Below, one piece after another: positions 36,008-45,366 of a DNA stretch of 48,872 bases; positions within the stretch are counted from its first letter, which is position 1, and the number at the start of each line of letters is the position of its first letter. The translations under genes and the position numbers were made by a program. The notes beneath the pieces were generated by a model. The model saw only the letters and a program-made list of their open reading frames with translations. It did not search any database and was not told the origin of the DNA. Location: contig JAMDHS010000048.1 in the NCBI GenBank assembly GCA_029717555.1, positions 124,001 to 172,872 of the forward strand, written 5' to 3'. Source of the stretch: Peribolospora baueri. Lineage: Eukaryota.

Positions 36008-39000
36008 ATGGATCCGCTCTCCTCACCAACCTCATCCTCGCCCGGCCTGTACTTGCCAGACGAGCTTCTCGAGTCCATCTTCCTTCTTCTCGACCCGGTT
36101 TCTCTCTTTCGCGTTGCTTTGTCTTCTCGTCAACTCCGTCGAGTAGCTGTCAACCCCCGGCTCTGGGAGCGCCACTATCACCAGCGATGGACACGCGCCG
36201 ACGCTGCCAAGGAAGCCGAGAGGCACCGACTGTACGGCGGCGAGGTGGAAGGAGCTGACGAGGCCAGTCATCTGGGAGTTAGGAGAAAAAGGAGGGCCAG
36301 ACGACAGAAGGATGTCGACATGTACGCGCCGTCGCCACCACACCGATCCCGACCGGATTACTATTCCATGTATGCCGCACGGCTCGCCATCGACGCAGAC
36401 GTGCTCGCCCGGCTGCAAAGTCTGGTCAACGACCCCATCGGCCGGATTGCCCGCGTGGAAGGGCTCGTAGCCATGCACGGCGCCGACGCGTGGGACATGC
36501 TGCAAAGGGTACAAAGGGCCCAGCAGACGCCCACTTGGGAGCAGGGCGCGCTTGAGCAGGAGGCGGCGCTCGAATGGGGGGTGCCATGGACTTTGGGCGT
36601 CGACGTCGAGGGACGGGACATTGCGCAAGGAAGCAGCAGGAGAGGCGTCGGAGCGAGGAGAGGAAGCACCAGTGCCGCGAGGGAACCGACCAGCCAGATG
36701 GGCATCCTTCCCCTCACGACCGCCCCCGCCCGTCGAGCCTCTTCGGGCTCGCACCGCCCTACTACCATCTCTCCGACAACGCCATTGTCAGTTCCCGTCG
36801 CCTGTCACCACCTGTTCCCCTTCTCCCGCTCCCCGACACAGCATCTCGCACTCCGACATCACGCCGGGGAGGTGATCGAGCACATGGCCCGACGCAAAGC
36901 CATACAAGGCCTCCGGCTGATCAAGGAGGAGCAGATGCGAGGCATGCACCCGGAGTGGGGCAACGAAAGGGGCTTCAACGTCGATCGGATCGGCAAGGAC
37001 GGCATGAGCACCGAGGAGGCCATGTCTTACCTGAACGCCTTTAGGGACGTCCCAAGCTGGGAGGTGAGTTCGCCGGGTTGGCCGTCTCCCGGACCCTGAC
37101 TTCGGCGTCCGGTTTCTCGCACCCCGACAATGTATCGGGCGTTGTGGCCCTCGTACGAACGCCTTTACATCCTGACGAAGGCTCGCTTGGTCATTTTTTT
37201 CCTCTGCTGTTCAGGTATCCGACGCATTGGACGTGCTCGCCGACCTGTGTTCCGAATGGCTAGACCAGCAGAACGTCAGTCGCAACGACCCGTTCGCGCT
37301 CACCCAAGGCATACGCTTCTTCCTTATGGCCTGTGGCTGGCGTGGTGCCGAAGGGGCAGAGTACTACGACCTCGACAATCACTTTCTCACCTTCACTCTC
37401 ACCTCCAACCGATGCACTTTGCCTCTCAGCTTGAGCCTCGTGTTCTGTGCCGTCGCCGAAAGGCTTGGCATTGACGCGAATACCATCATGTTCCCACGTA
37501 GGATGCTCTGCGTCATTCTGGGCTTCGAGGACGGGCGAGAGGTGATTCTGGGCGACCCCCAGGACATGTCCTCCGGTATGACCTCCCCCGCCTCGAGCCC
37601 GTCTCTCTCATCGACGATCCAATTGTCAAACGGCGACAGCATCGGTAGTGAGAACGCCCCTCCTAATCCCTTCCCCTTCTATTTGGACATCTTCGGCACT
37701 CCCAACCCACTCTCGCTAGACGAGGTCACGTCCATCATGCATCAACTACATGTTCACGTGTCGAACATGATCGTGAGCACCACGCCGGCACCGGCACCGG
37801 AGATGGTACTTCGTGCCGCCAGGAACATCTTCAACTCTGTCCATCGCCAGCAACACGCGGCCGAGGAAGCCAACCGGACACTCCACGGGGATCGAGGCGC
37901 TTACGAGAAGCAGTGGGATGAGAATCTGCTCTCTTCTTTTCTTCCTTCTTTCGTCGGCGGCGGTTCGGAGGGCACCGAGACCGAGGCCGAGGAGAAAGCG
38001 AGGAAACGGTGGCAGCGTTGGACGCCCTCCCAACGGGCCGCAGCGCTGGTGCTGGCGAAGGAGCCGCCACCGAGGCAGAAGCGATGGACAGAAAGGGACC
38101 AGCAGGCCAGCATTTACGCCGGCGCCAGCGGGTTCCTGAGGCTGAGCTCCGAGCTGGACTCTAGAATGCGCACGTCGTGAGTATAGGACGGTTCATACGT
38201 ACAGAACGCCCTGGAGTTCCAGATCGCACACGGTTGTGTTTGTCTCTGTCTATTTCGGGCCGCGCTTGACACCATCGCCATCTTCCCCTCCCCGTGCGTG
38301 ACGCATGTGTATCGATACCGTCTCCAAAGGGTCGCCTCGATTGTGGAGGGCTTTTTCCCGCTCGACGTGTCCTTGCTCAAAGAAGATTTCGCCGACCGAA
38401 TATGGCCGCCCACGCGATACCTCCATCCGCTAGTAGATGGAGCCTTCTTCGGCCACCCGTACGAGCTCATACCCGCCGAACCGTGGATGACGCTGCCACA
38501 GCCCACTCCAGGGAACACGACGCCGCTCCTCAACACCCCCGGTCTGTTGCCAGGCGCGCCGGCCGAGACGGAGGCGGAAAAAGCGTTGCGCATGGAGGTC
38601 GCACGAATTTGCCAAGACATACGGCAGAAGGACGAAACGCCACCGACGCCTAAACGGAGGACAGGGTTGAAGGGAGAAAAGGTGCCGCGATATCGTGTCG
38701 GGCAGGTTTTCAGGGACCGTTCTTATGGCTACACGGCGGTGATATACGGCTGGCACGAGCATTGCGACATGTCAGAGCATTTGTGAGTGCTGTCTATCTG
38801 TCGGTTCAGTTCGTCCAAGCTTTTGTTGTGTGGCAAACAGAGGGGGGATCGGCTGCGAACGGTCCGCATCGGCTCGATCGCTGGCACGTCCCGCCCCGGG
38901 TCGCTTCGCCTAGCTTTATCGACTGACAGATGGACGTCCCCTTCCGGCGGGCTCCGATTCTCTCTTTGCTGCCTCGCCTTCGTCTACCAGGATCCAAAGT

Positions 39001-39258
39001 ATGCACATAGACTCGCTCGAGCCGCGCGGCCGAGAGCAGCCGTTCTACGATGCACTCGTGGATGATGGTTCGAAGCGCTACGTACCCCAGATGGACATCA
39101 TCATCTCAGACCCGCTCGACGAAGGCCCACGCAACGAGTTGGACGTCAAGGGCCTCATGGAGCTCCGTGAGATCGGCAAGTGGTTTCGCGCGTACGACGA
39201 GAAGAACGGCGAGTTTGTCCCCAGCGCTGATTTGCTCGCTGTCTACCCTGACCGCTGA
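36008..39258 (+). CDS. FBXO21-like F-box protein (F-box + SirB1/transglutaminase-like core + YccV/HspQ-like domain), 4 exons
   Basis: Exons 36008-37063, 37215-38176, 38330-38782 and 38991-39258. F-box LPDELLESIFLLLDPVSLFRVALSSRQLRRVA...LWERHY. Core YYDLDNHFL...LPLSLSLVFCAVAERLGIDA...FP. YccV-like YRVGQVFRDRSYGYTAVIYGW...GREQPFYDALVDDGSKRYVPQ...IGKWF. Confidence 0.87.
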
Positions 39259-39995
39259 GCCATTTGTATCCGACGGGCGCCGGCGGCCTTCTCGCCTGAT
39301 TCTCGCCACGCTTGGAGCGTGTTATTTCTTTTTTTCGTTTTCTGGACCTGTAATAAACGATTTTACTTCCATCGAGTCGAGTGGGCAAGTCGCACCTTGA
39401 TAGAAAAAAAAATACTGAGAAGATATACGATTTGCCCACGGCCAACCAGGCGAACGTGCCAGCTGAAGGACGAAAAGGACAAGAAGGACAGCTTTCGTGT
39501 TCGAACCGCAGACCTCATCCGTTCTCCTCTCGCCCATGACGTCGCTTTCCCCGGCCGTCTCTCCGAGCACTTGCCGCACGGACCTCCCCCCCAGTGTTCG
39601 CCGCAGCAGCGACCGGCAGAATAGTTAACGAGTGATGCCGATGCGAGCAGTCTATTCTCCACATCTACAAGACTCGCTCGAGGGGTGGATCATTCGTCGT
39701 CTCGAGATGGGCAGACGTTGGCGAGCGCTTCCTGTCTCGAGACGAGCATTCTGAGCTAGGGCTGGAAGAAGGTACAATTGATTGTGATGGACCGCTTCGA
39801 CTGGCGGTCTCGCGCCGACTCGACCACGACAACGTGGCGGTCGCCGGTGGAGGTATGTTGAACAGCCGCTGTTGCCGGCGGGGCAAGTGCTGAATATGAA
39901 AGCGGGGGGAGGTGGACGTCGGTGCCGGTCGCCTAGCACTCTTTCACTCCTGCTCTCCCATTGTTCTTGGACCAGCTGAACAAAACAACCCCGAC

Positions 39996-42010
39996 ATGAG
40001 CTCCTTGCCTTCACCACCGCTTGCCACGGCCAAGGTGGTCGTCGTCGGTGCGGGCGTCGGAGGCCTCTCCACTGCCTTGGCCCTCTCCCGACAAGGATTC
40101 CGGGACATCACCGTCTTCGAGATGGCCGCGCAGCTCGGTGAGGTCGGCGCGGGCATAAACATCACGCCCAACTTGGGACGCCTGCTCGATCTGTTTGGCG
40201 TGTGGGACGTGGCCAAGGCGGAGGGCGTGCCGTTGGAGAGAGTGAAAGTGATGAGTGAGCTGGCCAGTCGTGCATATTCTCCGCGAACGATGCACCGTCT
40301 AGCGTCTCTCACGCGGAGCCATCCCTGTTCGACCGACTGACTGGTCCAGAATCGAAGACGGACGAAGTGCTCTCCTCCGTCGACATGGGTTATGTGGAAA
40401 AGGACTTTGACTACCCTTTTCTGGTGAGCCCCGGCGCCCTCCTCTTCGCGGGGTCCAAGCTAAGTCGCAGCCTTACTTCGACCCCCACAGGTTGTGCACC
40501 GGAAAAGCTTGCAGAAGGCTCTCGTCGTCGGCTGCGAGCGCTCTGGTGTGATCAAGTTACGGCTGGGCATGACCGTCAAGGAGGTAGACCTTGACCGCAC
40601 GCGGCTGCGCGTGGCGCCTACCGGGAATGTCGAGGGGGAGGGCGAATGGATAGAGGCCGACGTGCTGTTGGCAGCCGACGGCGTCAAGAGCCAGACGAGG
40701 GCGCGGATGCTGGCGCGGCAGGGCAAGAGGGACGAAAGTGAGACTCGGGGATTATTTTATTTTTCGGTTGCTTCATCGACACGCAATCAACTGAGGACTC
40801 TGGCTTTGCCCATTCGCAGTCGTGGAGACCGGACAGGCGGCGTACCGTATCTTGATCGACCGCGAGCAGTGTCTAGACGATCCCGAGCTGCTGCCGTTCT
40901 TCGACGGCAGTGTCTCTTACCGGTGGATCGGTTATCGTCGACACATCATTGTGAGTTGCCTCGCATGCGCCTTGCCGTACCTTGCCTTACGGCCGGGAGG
41001 AGCCTAGGCGAGCCTCGTGTGACGTCCTCCCCGTCGCATCCTCCAGGCCTACCCTATTGATTCTCACCGAACCTTCAACATGAGCACCGTGCACCCGGAC
41101 CAGTCCTTCGCGGCAGTCCCTTCCACGTCGTGGACGACACGCGGATCGAAAGAGCAAATGTTGAATGTCTTCCACGACTTTTGCCCGCGTGTGCAAAAGC
41201 TGCTCAAGCTCGTTCCCGAGGGAGAGGTGTGCGAGTGGAGGCTGAGGGTGCATCAGCCGCTGGCCAGTTGGGTGGACGGAAGGACGGCGCTGGTTGGCGA
41301 TGCTTGTCATCCGACGCTTCCGCATCTCGCTCAGGTGAGACAGCAGCAGTGGGGGCCCGAGCGCCCGACTTGACTGGATCGCCTATCACGTTCGGTTCGG
41401 CCCACCGGGTCGGATGGATCGCTAATGTGGATCGATGGATCGCACAGGGTGCCGCGCAAGCTGTGGAGGATGCCGCGGTGCTCGGCGTGGTCTTGTCCAA
41501 GATCGAGTCCAAGGAGGACATCCACAGGGCCCTCAAAGTGTACGAGGTACGAACACGCGTCGTTCTCCCTTTCTGTCTGTCGGATGCTTGACCCGATCTT
41601 CCTCGCCAACCTTCCCTCGTTCTATTCGTGGCACAGCGGATCCGAAAAGCGCGAGCAGAAGAATGCGTCGCCCAAGCGGCCGCAAACGGACGAGACCTGC
41701 ACCTGGCCGACGGAGATGCACAGGAGGCGAGAGACAAGGCGTTCCGCGAGGCCAGCAAGGACGGGGGCCGGAACCCGGACAAGGCATGGGACAAGTGAGC
41801 CCACGTCGTTCCTGGGCGGACTGACTGGACTTTGATCTGGTTGGGGTGGGCCCACATGCTCTTCGCTCATATCGCCTCCGAACCTTTTTTTTGCGCTCCT
41901 TTCCTTCGGCCTTCGTCAGGGAAACCCAGGTCTGGCTCTACGCGTACGATCCAGAGCGACACGCGAGTGATCGCTTCGCGGAGCTATGGACAGCACTGTC
42001 GTCGGCGTAG
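39996..42010 (+). CDS. FAD-dependent monooxygenase, salicylate hydroxylase-like (group A flavoprotein), 8 exons
   Basis: Rossmann motif VVVVGAGVGGL, EVGAGINITPN, DG motif ADVLLAADGVKS, GD motif ALVGDACHPTLPHLAQ|GAAQAVEDA, and C-terminal LHLADGDAQEARD...NPDK...WLYAYD. Seven GT-AG introns join in frame; stop TAG at 42008-42010. Confidence 0.92.
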
Positions 42011-42528
42011 CTTGATTGACAGTCTTCCTCCCGGCCAACGGCTACCGTTGGGACGAGCCGTCGTCGACTGGGTTAAGTTGTCTAGTTACGTTTGCAAGAA
42101 GAAATCATAACCCCCTTTCTTTTGGGAGGAAGGAGGCGAGTGACAAACGGCTCGGTCGCGAGAGCCTTTCCCTTCGCCGTCCTTCCGAACCGGACCCGTG
42201 CTAGCTGAATCGATGTATTGACCGGCCGGAACGAAGAGGCGAAGGTCGAATCGTAGTAAGGTATCATCGTGGGGAATTTCGGAGGGGCGCTCGGCTAGAG
42301 GAGAAGTGTGCCCCGGGTGCAGTCGCTGCGTACCAAAGGACTGTCTGTGAAGAATTGTTCGGATTGCGCGTGCAGCGTCAACAATGAAGTCTCTCGCAGC
42401 GTAGACGCTGTTTCTTTCTAATAGCAGTGCCACTGACGTGTAAGCTTTTTGATTGGAATTGATTGCAGGGAAAGCATGTGGAGCAAAAGATGGAAAGATA
42501 GACTACCTTCAGCGCCCCTTGAGCCGAG

Positions 42529-43165
42529 CGGAACCCAAGGCGAGCATTCCTCACGTGGGGCTGGACTCCAATGGGACCTCGGGGTGCAGCGATGCCAAGT
42601 GGCACCCCTCTACAACTGTCGACAGGGCACTGAAGAGAGGAGGGGAACTAGTCTACTACTTGAAAAGAGGGAAATGGTCCGCTTCACTAGCTTGGGGGTA
42701 AGGGTCTTAGAAGGAGGATGCGATGATCGTCATCCCTAATGCAAATATACAGGCTTTAACTCCTAATATAATAGATTGTAAATTGATAAATGTGTTTCCC
42801 CCTCCCCATTCCCGCAGAAGCTGCCTAGAGGGTTGAGCTCGAACGGGAAATCCAAAGCGCAGAGGCACCAAATGGTAGCCGTTGCAACCCTGTTGGGGTG
42901 AAACACTAGGTTGGATCGTCGATGAGAGTCTTTTGGGTGGGAGATGGGAGAGGTTTTGCTGTGGGGTGGGAAAGGTCTACTTGGGCGGAGGGATGGGTTT
43001 GGAAGGAAGGATGATCGTCATCCCTAGTGTCCTCATTCCAGACGGAACCCAAGGGCGCCCATTCCCTACGAGAGGGCTGAGCTCCAGTGGGACCTCCAGA
43101 GCGCAGGGGCACCAATTGGTACCCGTTGCGATCCGTTGGGGAAACACGAGGTCAGGCCATTGTCG
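42529..43165. repeat. Three diverged tandem copies of a hairpin-rich unit (partial copy 42529-42607; copies ~42669-42921 and ~42968-43165)
   Basis: Shared blocks: gatgatcgtcatcccta (42722-42738 = 43010-43026); cggaacccaagg (42529 and 43043); cccattccc...gaggg(c/t)tgagctc; cca(a/g)agcgcag(a/g)ggcaccaa(a/t)tggta.ccgttgc; ggg(t)gaaacac.aggt. Confidence 0.8.
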
Positions 43166-43441
43166 CTTCGCTTCGCCGTCGCTTTGGGTGCACCTTGGTT
43201 TGTTTGGGTCGCCCCCTGGTCCGTTGTTGCCACTGATGGTTTGTTTTGACCCAAGATGGGTTTGCGACTGAGGTCGTGCGGCGGATAGTATAACGTATTT
43301 GAAGGTATGAGAGTCCAAGCTGCAGAGTGGGAAAGACCTCTCAAAAAGTCGCTGATGAACGTGTTTCAGGGCGATGAGTCCATGTTGGAGAGGAGGTTGG
43401 GCACGTGTGTGGGAGCGATATTGGGGGCGACGACGGCGAAC

Positions 43442-43554
43442 TGGCTGAAGCAGTAGTGGTGCGTGAAGGCGGCCCAAGCCGAGTTCTGTGTGGGAACAGG
43501 CGATGTGGCTGAAGCGGTTGAAGTGGTGCGCAAGAGCGGCCCAGGTCGAGTTCT
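43442..43554. repeat. Imperfect ~47-bp tandem duplication (43442-43487 / 43506-43554)
   Basis: tggctgaagcagtagtggtgcgtgaaggcggcccaagccgagttct versus tggctgaagcggttgaagtggtgcgcaagagcggcccaggtcgagttct. Confidence 0.85.
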
Positions 43555-44013
43555 ACGTGAGAACATCGACAATTTTCTGGTATAGTAGAAAAACCGGGCT
43601 AAGTGTTCGTTCCCAAAATCGGAAGATCTGGCTCCCACAGTACACTCACTTGATATGCGACAGGCATGTAGCCAGGAGAGCTTCTCATCAGGCCCGCCGA
43701 GATGGTAAAGATGACAAAGATTCAGGCGTCGGGGTCGGGGCAGGCGCAGGATCTGATGGAGTGGGTAGAATGGTGTAAAGGTTGTGGCGGAGTCGGTCGA
43801 GAGGGAAGAAGGCTTGCCAGCGATGGTTATGGAGTAGGGAGAGGAGAAGGGTTGTGGAGTGGACTGGAGTGAAGATGGAGGGGGAACAGGCGGGGAATGG
43901 AGCCCTTTTTATGCTTCTCTTTGGGACTGAACCGCTCTTCGTCCATGGGGAGGACCTTTGTTGAGTGTGAATGAGACAATTTCCCATCCCCGGGTTAAGT
44001 CAAGACAACGTCT

Positions 44014-44324
44014 TGACATTAGTGAGCGTGAGCGAATTCGGAATTCTCGATCCAAGGAACCCCCCCAGCACTACGGAGCGAGGACTGCAAAGAAAACACC
44101 TCGACGTTAATGAGCGTGAGCGAATATGGAGTTCTCGATCCAAGGTGAAGATTGCAAGCGTGCATGAGCGAATCCGGAAAATCCTCGATCCAAGGAAGAA
44201 GCAAAGACGAGACAAGGTGTTGTTTCGACGTTAGTGAGCATGAGCAAATCCGGGGAATTCTTCGATCTAAGATGAGGATTTGGCAAGCGTGCGTGAGCGA
44301 ATCCGGAAAATTGTCGATCCACGG
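44014..44324. repeat. Array of five imperfect ~32-35 bp direct repeats with variable spacers
   Basis: Core gcRtgagcgaatYYgga(a)..tYctcgatccaagg at 44026-44057, 44114-44145, 44162-44195, 44238-44272 and 44291-44324. Spacers are 56, 16, 42 and 18 nt. Confidence 0.9.
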
Positions 44325-44453
44325 TGAACGCTGATCGCAAAAGACGAAGAAGGGAGGAAAGGAGCGACGGAATCGGGAACTCGGCGTCTTACGTCCTGCG
44401 CTTTCACTCTAACGAAGAGACAGAATAGACAAAAGGCAATGGAAAAGATAAAT

Positions 44454-44561
44454 GGCGACGTGTCCGAGTGGTTAAGGAGGCAGATTCAAGAGAATATACT
44501 TTCCTGTGTTGCAGGAATCCTGCTGGAGCAATCCGCATGGGTTCGAATCCCATCGTCGTCA
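44454..44561 (+). tRNA. tRNA-Leu(CAA), intron-containing (intron ~44491-44517)
   Basis: Acceptor stem GGCGACG/CGTCGTC with discriminator A73. D arm TCC-GAGTGGTTAA-GGA. Anticodon arm GCAGA-TT-CAA-G, with CAA at 44487-44489. Type II variable arm TGGA-GCAA-TCCGC. T arm ATGGG-TTCGAAT-CCCAT. Same layout as the yeast intron-containing tRNA-Leu(CAA). Confidence 0.9.
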
Positions 44562-44562
44562 A

Positions 44563-44568
44563 TTTTTT
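44563..44568 (+). terminator. RNA polymerase III oligo(T) terminator of the tRNA gene
   Basis: T6 run starting 2 nt after the tRNA 3' end. Confidence 0.8.
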
Positions 44569-45366
44569 CTTCCCTCGGCCGGCTCCGAGGGCGGGCGCAC
44601 GCGGCGCACGTGGTGCTCGCTCGGTCCCGAGGCCAGGGACGAGATGCGTAGATAGCAGTTGTGCGGGCGGTGGGATGGGTGGACGGGACCGGTGGAGGTC
44701 GCGGGCACGCGCATGTTTCTTTTCTTTCTTTCACATTGCGGCGGAGGTGGTGGAGGTGTGCGGCGTTGAGGACGTACGTGCGATGCGGCGAGCCGTCGAC
44801 GGAGGCGAATGAGTGAATAAAGTGAGCGAGTTGAGTGAAGTGGCCGCTGCGCTGCGATGCACTGCACGTTGATGCACTCGTTTCGTGTCGTCGTCCATTT
44901 TTCCTCGTTCATTCCATTCCTCCTTCGCCTCGTTGTCATCGTCATCGTCGTCGTCATCGTCCTCCTCCTCGCTCGCCTCGCCTTGCCTCCAACGTGGTCC
45001 TTGCTTGTCTCCTCCTCGCTCTTGCCCTTGCCCTTGCCCTTGCCCGTGTCCAGCCAACCGGCGCCCGCTCCCCGCATCGGCGCCGGACACACATCCTTAT
45101 CCTTCGTGCTCTCCTCGCTCAAAAAGACGGACACACACACATATAGATAGACGCTCGGCAGACTCACGTCCATTTCCTTCGCTTCCTAGTCGCCGTCCGT
45201 TCATCGCCGGCGAACGACGGCCTCGGTTGCCTCCTCGCCCTTTCAGTTAAGGACCCGCCGCCGCCTCTTCTCCCCCTCCATCCTCTTCCTCCTCCCCTCT
45301 TCCTCTTCCTCGTCCCCTCCGCCTCCCTCCTCACCCCCCTCGCCCCGCCTCGACCGCACCCCAATC

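Noticed and set aside
39996..42010. Secondary-metabolite cluster around the FAD monooxygenase
   Set aside because: No PKS/NRPS, transporter or pathway regulator among the neighbours.
43072..43160. Hammerhead or HDV-like ribozyme (GAAAC...GTC on plus; CTCGT/GAATGGG on minus)
   Set aside because: No correctly placed CTGAnGA core, and no consistent P1/P1.1/P2/P3 pseudoknot could be built by eye.
44014..44324. CRISPR array
   Set aside because: The context is eukaryotic, the repeats are imperfect, the spacers are uneven (16-56 nt) and partly repeated, and there are no cas genes.
44454..44561. Selenocysteine/opal-suppressor tRNA (TCA read in a shifted register: GGCAG-AT-TCA-A...CTGCT)
   Set aside because: That register removes nucleotide 26. 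The 7-bp acceptor stem, 3-bp D stem, A73 and G37 fit an ordinary Leu(CAA), not tRNA-Sec.
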